The notes under the pieces: generated by a model
The model's input: only the letters and a program-made list of their open reading frames with translations
Told to the model about the DNA's origin: nothing
Databases searched by the model: none
Shown here: positions 40,001 to 47,801 of the stretch, piece after piece
Layout of the letters: each line of letters begins with the position of its first letter
How positions within the stretch are numbered: position 1 is the stretch's first letter
Source: a virus
Taxonomy: Duplodnaviria > Caudoviricetes
DNA: 64,000 bases
Reading direction: 5' to 3' (one strand)
Virus record (IMG/VR): IMGVR_UViG_2513237266_000002
Coordinates: 1-64,000 of that record
Made by a program: the position numbers and the translations under genes

Positions 40001-40271
40001 TTCGCCGTTTGCGGTGGTCAATGGTCAGGTCTTTATCAGCGATGCGTTTATCCAGTATGGCCAAATCACGCTGGCAAAAATTGGCGAACTGCGCTCCGCT
40101 AATTATGTTCAGGGACAAACGGGCACCATCATGAAATCGGACGGAACGTTTGAAATGAATGGAGCAGTTGCCGGGGAGGGGGCAATGAAAATCACCAACA
40201 CAACCCAGAGCGTTAAGGACGGGAATGGCGTCCTTCGCGTGCAGATTGGGAAATTAACAGGAGTGTTTTGA
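37086..40271 (+). CDS. J: Tail tip / host specificity protein J
   Basis: KGRKGGSSSSRTPTEQPDDLQS, WTDNPAW; 1061 aa. Confidence 0.95.
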   Translation: MATATPIKGRKGGSSSSRTPTEQPDDLQSVAKAKILVALGEGEFAGQLTGKNIYLDGTALENSDGTKNFSGVTWEFRAGTQAQNYIQGIPGTENEINVGTEVSSATAWTRTFINTQLSAVRLRLKWPSLFKQEDNGDLVGYSINYAIDLQTDGGTWQTVLNTSVTGKTTSGYERSHRIDLPQAGSTWTIRLRKITADANSAKISDTMTLQSFTEVIDAKLRYPNTALLYIEFDSSQFNGSIPQISCEPRGRVIRVPDNYDPDTRTYSGTWQGAFKWAWTDNPAWIFYDLVITDRFGLGNRLSAANIDKWTLYQVSQYCDQPVPDGKGGSGTEPRYTCNVYVQDRNDAYTVLRDFAAIFRGMTYWGGDQIVALADMPRDVDYAYTRANVIDGRFTYSSSTTKTRYTTALVSWSDPGNAYADAMEPVFEQPLVARYGFNQLEMTAIGCTRQSEANRKGRWGILTNNKDRIVSFDVGLDGNIPQPGYIIAVSDELLSGKVMGGRISAVNGRVIKLDRVADAAAGDRLILNLPSGASQSRTIQAVNGESVTVTTAYSETPQAEAVWVVESDELYAQQYRVVSVSDNNDGTFSITGAWHDPDKYARIDTGAIIDQRPVSVIPPGNQSPPANIVISSFSVVQQNISVETMRVSWDQAQNAIAYEAQWRRNDGNWVNVPRSSTTSFDVPGIYAGRYLVRVRAINAAEISSGWGYSEEKTLTGKVGNPPKPVGFATTPINWGIRLNWGFPANTGDTLKTEIQYTANSDFSNPLLLSDVPYPSAEYTQLGLKAGQEFWYRAQLVDRTGNESGWTDWVRGQSNANADDYLGDIADDFLTSADGDRLTSDIDTNLEAALLNALANHATVEHQWAQYGEVRADILVVKTTIAQVDKAMAEMSTQVQAQFNDVTAALEDKLTAVVDATGASAIYTLKTGVRINGVMYNAGMSIAVLAETGKPVVTRVGFNANQFVLMSGSGDTQYSPFAVVNGQVFISDAFIQYGQITLAKIGELRSANYVQGQTGTIMKSDGTFEMNGAVAGEGAMKITNTTQSVKDGNGVLRVQIGKLTGVF

Positions 40272-40585
40272 TGGAATGGGGGATACAGACATGGGACGCT
40301 AATGGCGTCCCTAATAACTACGGAATCAAACCAATCAGCGTAGTTGGTATAATCGACCTGTTAGTGGATCAGAAAACCGGCTCTTATTCTTTCAACCTGG
40401 AACCTGGCCTGAAAGTTGGCTTTACAGTAGGGACTGCGGAGGCTGCAAGTTTGATTGCGTACACAAACAAAAGAAACATTCTTGCTTCCGGTAACACAAT
40501 TACAATTCAGCCATCAACGGGCGACGGTGTTAACGACTATCCTGCAAATCAGGTTCAGCTGATTGTTTTTGCGGAGAAGGTGTAA
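40268..40585 (+). CDS. Tail-tip associated small protein
   Basis: WGIQTWDANG; coupled to J. Confidence 0.7.
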   Translation: MMEWGIQTWDANGVPNNYGIKPISVVGIIDLLVDQKTGSYSFNLEPGLKVGFTVGTAEAASLIAYTNKRNILASGNTITIQPSTGDGVNDYPANQVQLIVFAEKV

Positions 40586-41259
40586 TGGCAAAATATGGTG
40601 TTTTGCTAGCGTTACCCAATGGAAATCCTTTTGTTACTCCGGATTCCACACCATTGACACTTTATAAAAAAGTGTCGTTAAACTCACAGTATAATGGTGA
40701 TTTTAACTCTGCGGTTATTGAGGAAAATATTGTTAATCAAAAAGCAGGGATTGTATTCGCAAGAACAAGTACTGCGGCAAAAATCTCAGCCGTAAAAGAA
40801 GGGAGCTTATTTAATGTTTCTGCTTCGAACTACAGAAGGGCTGCTTTTACTCTTGAAGCATATTTTTTCGCAATAACTCCGCAAACCTTACCCAGTCACG
40901 GTATCGCTATATGGGACGAATCAGGCACACTGGTTCTTACAAACGAATCAAGGGTATTGACAGATCTGACAACTATCGGGACACCTGGAGCGGCTACGGG
41001 TGGAATTAATATCGATGTCACAATGCCGGGGAAATGGGCCGTAAATCCGATGGGGCTGGGATCTGTCATCATCCACGCTGGTTCTGCACCAGGTGGACAG
41101 CCAATATTTCAGTCCGTTGATGTGGGGACGGGTTGCCATGACGACACTGGTGGTACAAGAATTAGGGGGCAAAGTTCAACCACCGCCAGTGGTGCCACTA
41201 TAGGGGCAACGAATAGCGGAATTGTGATAACGGCGATAAACACAGCCGCATATGATTAA
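40585..41259 (+). CDS. Tail-tip associated protein
   Basis: GIAIWDESGTLVLTNE; coupled. Confidence 0.7.
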   Translation: MAKYGVLLALPNGNPFVTPDSTPLTLYKKVSLNSQYNGDFNSAVIEENIVNQKAGIVFARTSTAAKISAVKEGSLFNVSASNYRRAAFTLEAYFFAITPQTLPSHGIAIWDESGTLVLTNESRVLTDLTTIGTPGAATGGINIDVTMPGKWAVNPMGLGSVIIHAGSAPGGQPIFQSVDVGTGCHDDTGGTRIRGQSSTTASGATIGATNSGIVITAINTAAYD

Positions 41260-41366
41260 ACTGATCGATTTAAACGATCAATTTTAGAATATTGATCTAT
41301 TAAAACTATTTTTATTATTCAATGCTATTGGTTATTTTTGTTTAAATAATTAACCCTGGTGTCGAA

Positions 41367-41606
41367 ATGAAAAATATAATTATTCCAGTTATTGTCTGTC
41401 TGATGATTTCAGCATGTTCTGGGCCTGTTCTGGAGAAACAGAAACCGGTTTGTCAGGCTGAGTTTGTGACTGGCGGGTTTACACAGTCGGTACACATTTA
41501 CGGTGTTCGAAAAGTTGCTAATCAGACTGAGTACAGGGCCGGTTATCCCTTTAACTGGCGATGGGTGAATAAAAATAACTTCACCAGTTCGAATTGTCCT
41601 CAATGA
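41367..41606 (+). CDS. cor: Cor superinfection-exclusion lipoprotein
   Basis: Lipobox ISAC; KQKPVCQAE..IYGVRK..EYRAGYPFNWRWV; position after J as in phi80/N15/HK022. Confidence 0.85.
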   Translation: MKNIIIPVIVCLMISACSGPVLEKQKPVCQAEFVTGGFTQSVHIYGVRKVANQTEYRAGYPFNWRWVNKNNFTSSNCPQ

Positions 41607-41664
41607 AATACCAAAAATAACCCGCTCCGGCGGGTTTTTTATTATCTGAATTCAGGAGATATCC

Positions 41665-43017
41665 ATGTCAGCAGGAACCTTAACCCTGACGAATAATTCT
41701 GCTGCGGTCGCTGGCAGCGGGACCGCGTTTACTACCGAGGTGGCGGCAGGAGATTTTATTGTTGTCACAGTCGGAGGCGTTCCCTATACGCTCCCGGTTA
41801 AATCAGTGGAAAGCGGTACAGCGTTGACGCTGGTCAGTAATTTTACCGGGCCAACACAGTCTGGCGCTGCCTGGTCAGCTGTTCCTCGTATGGCGCTGAA
41901 TATGGTCACCGCAGCGCTGGTGGCACAAAGTGCAGAAGCCTTGCGCGGACTGAACTATGACAAGCAGAACTGGCAGCAGGTATTCAGTGGTACGGGGAAT
42001 ATCACGGTAAAACTGCCAGATGGCAATTCTTACACAGGACCCGCCTGGAGGGACATTACCACAGCGCTTGAAAGATGCGCCAAAAAAGGTAATAACTCCG
42101 ACATTACTGAATTGTCAGGTTTAACCACTCCACTTAGCGTTTCTCATGGTGGCACTGGGGGAGAGGACGAGCAAAGTGCTCGTCGCGGTATATCAGCCTC
42201 AACAAATACCCCTCTTACTGATAAGTATGGTGATAATTGGTACGCTGCATTTAGTTCTAGAATTGATTTTGCAATGTTCAGCCATGGAGATACTGTAGAT
42301 ATAACGGAAGCATGGGATGCGCCCTCTAAATTTACGAGTGTAAATTATTTTCCTTCTACAAATGAAAATGTTGGAACAGCGATAGCTGCGAGTCTTGGGT
42401 CGGACAATGACTATTTTCTGAATTCTAAAAATTCAGCCCTGTCAGGGTACCAGTCGTGGAAAGGTTGGGTAAAACTATGGCATACAAAAAATACTGTAGT
42501 CGATTCAAGCGGATTTATTAAAAAATCATCACCCGTTATCAAAATATTCACTGATGGAAAACATGTAGTCAATGAAGAGTCTGATGGATGTACTGTGGTC
42601 AGACAAAGTAAAGGTGTCTATCTGATTGATGGGTGCATAGGGCTAAACGCTGATGCAGCATGGGGTGGAACTGATGGAGGTTTTGAAATTCCCGTTGACA
42701 GAAACAAGCAACCCCGTATCTGGCTGGACTATAAAGTCAATGCTGATGGTTCGGTGCTGGTCAGGACATATCACCGGGTTCATCCCTCGGCACCGGAGTT
42801 TGCTCAGAACAGAATAGGGAATACCGATATTAACGGTGTGTTTACTGAGACAGTTGCTGATGGCGAACTTGTCGACATTCCTGCAGATTCTTTTGTGTCC
42901 GTACGCGTGGAAATGCCGGAAGACAGCATCTGGAACCAGAGGCAGAAAGAAACACGGGAGGCTCTGGAAAAAGCTGAACGCGAGCGCCAGCAAAATCAGC
43001 AGGGTGCTCAGTCTTAA
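41665..43017 (+). CDS. Side tail fibre protein
   Basis: MSAGTLTLTNNS N-terminus, NSDITELSGLTTPLS..GGTG motif, conserved C-terminus, AT-rich variable middle. Confidence 0.85.
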   Translation: MSAGTLTLTNNSAAVAGSGTAFTTEVAAGDFIVVTVGGVPYTLPVKSVESGTALTLVSNFTGPTQSGAAWSAVPRMALNMVTAALVAQSAEALRGLNYDKQNWQQVFSGTGNITVKLPDGNSYTGPAWRDITTALERCAKKGNNSDITELSGLTTPLSVSHGGTGGEDEQSARRGISASTNTPLTDKYGDNWYAAFSSRIDFAMFSHGDTVDITEAWDAPSKFTSVNYFPSTNENVGTAIAASLGSDNDYFLNSKNSALSGYQSWKGWVKLWHTKNTVVDSSGFIKKSSPVIKIFTDGKHVVNEESDGCTVVRQSKGVYLIDGCIGLNADAAWGGTDGGFEIPVDRNKQPRIWLDYKVNADGSVLVRTYHRVHPSAPEFAQNRIGNTDINGVFTETVADGELVDIPADSFVSVRVEMPEDSIWNQRQKETREALEKAERERQQNQQGAQS

Positions 43018-43131
43018 AAATGGCAGTTGCCGCAGTCACGTCGTATGCAACGTAACTGCGGCAGGCAACAGAGTGTTCATGCCCGCATTGCCTGCGATGA
43101 AGATAGCAAAGATGGTGATTGCCGTCTTTCA

Positions 43132-43365
43132 TTATCGCCAAAGTCGCTTACCCTGCCTGACTGCTTCCATAATTGCAGCGCCAGTATGCTCGTATTCAGG
43201 AAGAGCCAGAACACGCCAGTTTTTTTGCATGAACACCAGAAGACAACAGCGCTCATCCACTGTCCCTTTAATGGCAAAGTTACGCAGATTGTCAGGGGGA
43301 ACTGGGAGCTTTTCACCGGGTTTTGGGAAGTAAATCCTGACGCCGGATATGATTAAGTTGTCCAT
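43132..43365 (-). CDS. Hypothetical protein downstream of dinI-like gene
   Basis: 3 bp after dinI-like stop, same strand. Confidence 0.6.
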   Translation of the reverse strand: MDNLIISGVRIYFPKPGEKLPVPPDNLRNFAIKGTVDERCCLLVFMQKNWRVLALPEYEHTGAAIMEAVRQGKRLWR

Positions 43366-43368
43366 AGT

Positions 43369-43611
43369 TCATTCGCTCACCAGCCACATATCAGCTTCTT
43401 CAAACATTTCCTGAACAGTACGGCTTATTTGTTCCTTCTCATGCTTACTGGCGTCAGTATTGATCGCCGGTAGTGTCATCATCGGTTTTACCCGAACATC
43501 AGCATCGGGGAAAATCCGGTGAACCCTCTTACTCAATTCGCCCAGAATGATATCCTTTGCACCGGCCAGACCATCAAAATTCCTTTTGTCATAAACGAGT
43601 TCCACGAACAT
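43369..43611 (-). CDS. DinI/MsgA-family protein
   Basis: MFVELVYDKRN..ELSKRVHRIFPD..QEMFEEADMW. Confidence 0.85.
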   Translation of the reverse strand: MFVELVYDKRNFDGLAGAKDIILGELSKRVHRIFPDADVRVKPMMTLPAINTDASKHEKEQISRTVQEMFEEADMWLVSE

Positions 43612-43628
43612 TGCTTATTGCCTCTTTA

Positions 43629-43668
43629 CTGGATGTATATACAGTATTTATACTGTGTTTTTATCCGG
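43629..43668. promoter_or_regulatory. LexA (SOS) box pair between divergent genes
   Basis: CTGGATGTATATACAG (43629-43644) fits CTG-N10-CAG; second box with one mismatch at 43653-43668. Confidence 0.85.
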
Positions 43669-43686
43669 TATTCAAGAGAGGGCGTG

Positions 43687-43929
43687 ATGATGCCACGACG
43701 CAGCGATATTGAAATAGCCTGGTATGCTTCGATACAGCAGGAACCGAATGGCCGGAAGACCGTCACCACACAGCGGTTTGTCCAGGAACTGAGTAAGGTT
43801 AACTGGAACTGGACGATGAAGCAGGCCAACGAATGGATCGAGTGGTATGTGACAACATTCCGCGATGTATCAACGCAGGAAGGCGAGAACCGTACCTTTC
43901 AGCTGTTCAATCCAAACGGAGGACTATAG
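43687..43929 (+). CDS. Small protein upstream of umuD-like gene
   Basis: GAGGG RBS; coupled to next gene. Confidence 0.7.
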   Translation: MMPRRSDIEIAWYASIQQEPNGRKTVTTQRFVQELSKVNWNWTMKQANEWIEWYVTTFRDVSTQEGENRTFQLFNPNGGL

Positions 43930-43931
43930 CC

Positions 43932-44321
43932 ATGGGCTTTCCTTCACCTGCGGCAGATTACGTTGAAACAAGGATCTCCCTCGATCAGCAGCTAATCAGT
44001 CAGCCCGCAGCGACTTATTTCATGCGGGCATCGCGTTCACATTTCAGGGAAGGGATAATCCAGGGGGCGCTACTTGTTGTTGATGCGTCACTTTCTCCCT
44101 GTGATGGCTCGCTGCTGATCTGCGCGATAGACGGAGAATTTAGGATCAAGCGATATCGGACACATCCTCAACCCCACCTCGTTAATCTGGAGAACGGGAG
44201 AAAGGAGGCGCTGCCAGTAGATGATGGCGGTTACAGTTCTGCACCCGCTATATTTGGGGTGCTTACTTACATCATCAATGACGCCAGGAATGCAGAGTTT
44301 GATGATTGCCCGGTGATGTGA
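43932..44321 (+). CDS. UmuD'-like (HumD-type) S24 protein
   Basis: Begins MGFPSPAADY, the post-cleavage N-terminus of UmuD. Confidence 0.82.
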   Translation: MGFPSPAADYVETRISLDQQLISQPAATYFMRASRSHFREGIIQGALLVVDASLSPCDGSLLICAIDGEFRIKRYRTHPQPHLVNLENGRKEALPVDDGGYSSAPAIFGVLTYIINDARNAEFDDCPVM

Positions 44322-44368
44322 GCACATCACTGTTAAGTGAAGTATGAAGTGGGGTTACGTGGTTGAGG

Positions 44369-44485
44369 TTAATTATCATTTCTGTCTGGATTGTTAGACA
44401 AACCAATCCCTACTTTTACCGCAGCGAACAACATGATGCACAGAGTGGTAATCACGGCAAATACCAATGAGAGACTAGTAATCAT
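44369..44485 (-). CDS. 38-aa single-TM peptide, not in ORF track
   Basis: MITSLSLVFAVITTLCIMLFAAVKVGIGLSNNPDRNDN; weak RBS. Confidence 0.4.
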   Translation of the reverse strand: MITSLSLVFAVITTLCIMLFAAVKVGIGLSNNPDRNDN

Positions 44486-44668
44486 AGGGCTTCTTAATGT
44501 CAGATGAATTCTATTGTCAGACAACTGTATAGAGAAAAGGTTCCTGGCAATTATCGTGCTTGCTACTCAAGAGGATATTACAATCCGATAGATCGTAGTT
44601 GGCTGGTGATCTGTCGATAGTTTCACCCCAATAATTCCCCGGAGTTTCCCCGTACAGAAAATAGACAT

Positions 44669-44697
44669 AAAAAAACCAGCCGTAACAGGCTGGTTCT
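44669..44697 (-). terminator. Terminator downstream of tRNA-Pro fragment
   Basis: aaccagcc/ggctggtt stem with A-run on plus strand. Confidence 0.8.
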
Positions 44698-44708
44698 TAG
44701 AGGATTTT

Positions 44709-44753
44709 TGGTCGGCACGAGAGGATTTGAACCTCCGACCCCCGACACCCCAT
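44709..44753 (-). pseudogene. 3' half of tRNA-Pro(GGG), att-core-like fragment
   Basis: Reverse complement ATGGGGTGTCGGGGGTCGGAGGTTCAAATCCTCTCGTGCCGACCA matches the proL 3' half including CCA; 5' half absent. Confidence 0.9.
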
Positions 44754-44765
44754 ATTTGCGATAAG

Positions 44766-45971
44766 TTAGGTCTGTACTAACGCTTCAGTTTCTGTAAGTG
44801 AGGTTTGATAGTGTTTTACTGCCTCAGCAAAGGCTTGCGCGGCATCTGCATTTGATACCATATATTCTTCAGTTACCCCTGTTTGAGAATGGAAAGTAAT
44901 ATTTCCATAAATGCAAATAGGGATTTGGTAGTTGTCTTTAAATCGACGGTCTGGCGAGCCATTCTTATTCGTTTTCGCCCAGGTATAACCATCTATGCTT
45001 GAGTCACTGGGAACGCCTTCTTCCTCATGGAATCTTCGATATTCTGAACTGATTTGTAATTCGCGTAAATCAATCAGAGCGAACGCCCCATCAGCTCGTG
45101 GTATGACTGCAACTCCAGGATAAAGCAAAATATCGTCGCCATTCACATTTTCAAACCGCATCGCGCGCCCTGTGAATTGAATGAGATCCGTTGAACTGAA
45201 ATCAAAGGTAACAGGGTGACGATTAACAGAACGGGTTGCTAATGTTCTTTCGGCAAACTGGTCTGTAGCTTTATCTGCAGTAATATCCCATTTTTTGACA
45301 CTCGATTTTAACATATCAAATGCACGGACCATCGCTGCATATGCGCGCTGTGATGTATCACTGCTCTCGAATGTTATGGCTATTTTGGTGTTGTCTTCCC
45401 AGGATACCAGGCGAGATATCTCAGCTTGGGTTAGGGGGAGTACTGTCTCAAGTTCTGCGATGCGTCGTTTGTAAAACCAACGGAATAGACTTGATTTGCG
45501 TCGAACCAGCTCGCTCTTTTGTTTTGATTCTTCAGCAAGAGCCTCTTGTAGATCTGCTTTTATCTCTGCCCTTTGTTCTCGCGCTTTAGCAATCAAATCT
45601 CGTAAAGGTAAAAGGGAGGTACTTGTCAGGACTTCTACCGAAGCGCTGGATATTTCATTCATGCCAGCCATTGGCATATATATTTTAGCGTTCGATGGTG
45701 TGTTACTTGGGGATGCCTCGGGCATTCCCAAATGAGGTTCTGTAGAGGCCGGATTTAATGGATTGGTAACTGAGCGCCCATCATCATAGGGCAGGGTAGG
45801 TGTAGTATAAGATAAGCCTGTGCCCGGTAGTCCGACGGTCGCTCTGACCCCTTTTTTTCCAACATTGACAGTTGCTCCAGGCACACCAATGCTTGCGCTT
45901 ATTCCACGCTTGCCAATGTTGAGCCTAACGCCAGGAAACAGAGTAAAGGTTTGTCTGAAACGAAGAGACAT
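44766..45971 (-). CDS. DUF4236-domain protein
   Basis: MSLRFRQTFTLFPGVRLNIGKRGISASIG..GTGLSY; C-terminal NKNGSPDRRFKDN. Confidence 0.85.
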   Translation of the reverse strand: MSLRFRQTFTLFPGVRLNIGKRGISASIGVPGATVNVGKKGVRATVGLPGTGLSYTTPTLPYDDGRSVTNPLNPASTEPHLGMPEASPSNTPSNAKIYMPMAGMNEISSASVEVLTSTSLLPLRDLIAKAREQRAEIKADLQEALAEESKQKSELVRRKSSLFRWFYKRRIAELETVLPLTQAEISRLVSWEDNTKIAITFESSDTSQRAYAAMVRAFDMLKSSVKKWDITADKATDQFAERTLATRSVNRHPVTFDFSSTDLIQFTGRAMRFENVNGDDILLYPGVAVIPRADGAFALIDLRELQISSEYRRFHEEEGVPSDSSIDGYTWAKTNKNGSPDRRFKDNYQIPICIYGNITFHSQTGVTEEYMVSNADAAQAFAEAVKHYQTSLTETEALVQT

Positions 45972-46108
45972 AAAGTTATCCCTATGTAGTTTTGTTCACC
46001 AAAGTTCGAAATGTTTTTATATGAACATTGAGCTGATACAAAAGCTTATCCTTAGCTCATCTTCATACTGCCATGATACAGCGGTTTGCTTGCTGGTGAA
46101 GAAAAACG

Positions 46109-46134
46109 AAAAAGCCCGCATAAGCGGGCTTTTA
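46109..46134. terminator. Bidirectional terminator
   Basis: aaaaagcccgcataagcgggctttt. Confidence 0.8.
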
Positions 46135-46260
46135 TGTCACTCGGGAGCCGCGGCTCCTTTGCGTATCCTTTTTTGTCCCCTCACCGTCTGGTCGGTGTCC
46201 TGCTGAGACTGCTAACTTCCTGTTATTGCTAGCGATGTCCTATCACTGTCCAATCATGAT

Positions 46261-46292
46261 TGGTGGAGCTGGCGGGAGTTGAACTCGCGTCC
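46261..46292 (-). other. tmRNA (ssrA) 3'-end fragment; probable att core at the prophage 1/2 junction
   Basis: Reverse complement GGACGCGAGTTCAACTCCCGCCAGCTCCACCA, one mismatch to the enterobacterial ssrA 3' end; flanked by phased YGTCY repeats. Confidence 0.88.
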
Positions 46293-46642
46293 TGAATGTA
46301 TTTAACTCATTGAAAATAAATATTTATTTCGCATTGACAGGCTTCAAGTGCATTTTACGTGCATATCGAGGTCTGTCTAACGTCCTGATTCTGTCCAACA
46401 TTTTGCAATATTTACCATGTAGCAGGGCTGACTAGGATCGGAAAATTTGGGGTTGTTTTGTGCGGTTCATAGCTTTTCAGGACTATTCACTACTGTTCAA
46501 TCGTTGAAGATTTACCCATTAGGTAATACTATGTTATTTGATAACTGCGGTTATCACGATCAAGGGCTACTGGTGACGCAGTTATCATCAGTGGCTTTTT
46601 GTGTCTTTACTACAACGTCAGTAAAGCGTTGAGGAGGCTAAC

Positions 46643-46981
46643 ATGAGAACAGTAGCGAGAAGATCGATACAGACGATTGAGCGTCGGACTCAACTCGTCA
46701 GTTCTTTTGTGGACTCAAAAACAGAAAAAGAATTCTTCGTGAGAAGGTTGAGCGACCGTGTATCACCGGCGCGCCAGCTGTTTATCGTGACACTTAATAA
46801 TGACGTTCGTGACGGCGATGTTATCCCTTTCGCTGAGATCGCCATGAACAACCAAAAGTTGCGATATGTGGTCAGGCCTGTGGATCAGTACCCTCAGTAC
46901 GTGAATGGCAATCTGCTTGAGCGAATTGAAGCGGCGATTGCTCAGTACATGAAGAATCATAAGGAAATCAACTACCATTAG
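46643..46981 (+). CDS. Hypothetical protein, gene 1 of att-proximal cargo pair
   Basis: GAGGAGG RBS; 11 bp before next gene. Confidence 0.8.
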   Translation: MRTVARRSIQTIERRTQLVSSFVDSKTEKEFFVRRLSDRVSPARQLFIVTLNNDVRDGDVIPFAEIAMNNQKLRYVVRPVDQYPQYVNGNLLERIEAAIAQYMKNHKEINYH

Positions 46982-46992
46982 AAGGCTGCAGC

Positions 46993-47760
46993 ATGGCTCC
47001 TGCGCTAATACCGTCTTACAGCAAGGATCTGAGCATTACGCCGTTTGGCGAAAAGCTACTGATTGAATCATTCTACTTTTTCACGCTTGAAGCTGGCCTT
47101 TTAAGGGCTGATGAATACATCGTCTCAGCCGGTGAGTATCAATATTATCTCGATGTGTATCAGTTGGGTTGCTCGACTGATGATTTCTTTTTGGATCATG
47201 GCCTTGACCTGATTGATATGCACATTCCAATGCAAGATATTGTTAACACTCTTTTGGCGTTGGATATGGTAGACGATAATAAAACAATTCGAATTGGTCG
47301 AATTCAATTCAATGATTTTAACTTCATTGAAGAAAACGGGCAGATGATGACTGGTAAACAGGTAAAAAGCGCTGTTATCGCTCCAGACTTCCAGTCGGCG
47401 GGCCTTGCCCGAGAAGTATACAAAATGCTCGCCAGGAAACATGAGTTTCTGATCTGCGATAATATTCAGAGCATCGCTGGTGGTGCTCTTTGGGCAAGCA
47501 GTATCATTCGTATCGCAGAGGTGAGGATCTACAATTCGCGCACGAAGAAATTCATGGACATCCTTGGTCCCGGTGCGCGTGGTGTTTCAGGTACTTTGCC
47601 CTGGAGTGCGAATGATTTGTCTGTAGATGAGATTGTTCGCTGGGGTCGTGCGTATGATGATGAAAACTGTTGTCGTCATATTGTGCATGTTATCTGTAAA
47701 GACCGACTCATAGACGATCAATTTCATGATTATGTTTCGATAGGTGGCGCAACAGAATAA
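46993..47760 (+). CDS. GNAT-like acetyltransferase-fold protein, gene 2 of cargo pair
   Basis: VIAPDFQSAGLAREVY resembles acetyl-CoA motif A; LICDNIQSIAGGALW. Confidence 0.6.
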   Translation: MAPALIPSYSKDLSITPFGEKLLIESFYFFTLEAGLLRADEYIVSAGEYQYYLDVYQLGCSTDDFFLDHGLDLIDMHIPMQDIVNTLLALDMVDDNKTIRIGRIQFNDFNFIEENGQMMTGKQVKSAVIAPDFQSAGLAREVYKMLARKHEFLICDNIQSIAGGALWASSIIRIAEVRIYNSRTKKFMDILGPGARGVSGTLPWSANDLSVDEIVRWGRAYDDENCCRHIVHVICKDRLIDDQFHDYVSIGGATE

Positions 47761-47770
47761 CCATCAAACA

Positions 47771-47794
47771 GACCCGGCAAATGCCGGGTTTTTT
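47771..47794 (+). terminator. Terminator between cargo operon and convergent int
   Basis: acccggcaaatgccgggt plus T-run. Confidence 0.8.
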
Positions 47795-47801
47795 CTTCAA
47801 A

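Larger units (their letters stand above)
1..46292. mobile_element. Prophage 1, lambdoid (SfV/ST64B-like early region, lambda-like cos/head/tail); left att lies outside the window
   Basis: Complete ordered module set int-xis-early-cI/cro-replication-Q-lysis-cos-head-tail-fibre. Right boundary inferred at the ssrA fragment (alternative 44753). Confidence 0.93.

Noticed and set aside
21880-40271. Many antisense and alternate-frame ORFs within head and tail genes
   Set aside because: Shadow ORFs of GC-rich coding sequence overlapping well-recognised lambda-like genes.
41665-43017. Tail-fibre shufflon or diversity-generating retroelement
   Set aside because: No adjacent invertase, inverted cassette, reverse transcriptase or template repeat seen.
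44709-44753. Intact tRNA-Pro gene
   Set aside because: Only the 3' half from the anticodon loop is present; the 5' side is replaced by the DUF4236 gene end.
46261-46292. Functional tmRNA gene
   Set aside because: Only about 32 nt of the 3' end; no tag reading frame or 5' end in the window.
46447-46632. Third gene of the GNAT cargo operon
   Set aside because: TTG start without RBS; more likely promoter/leader sequence.
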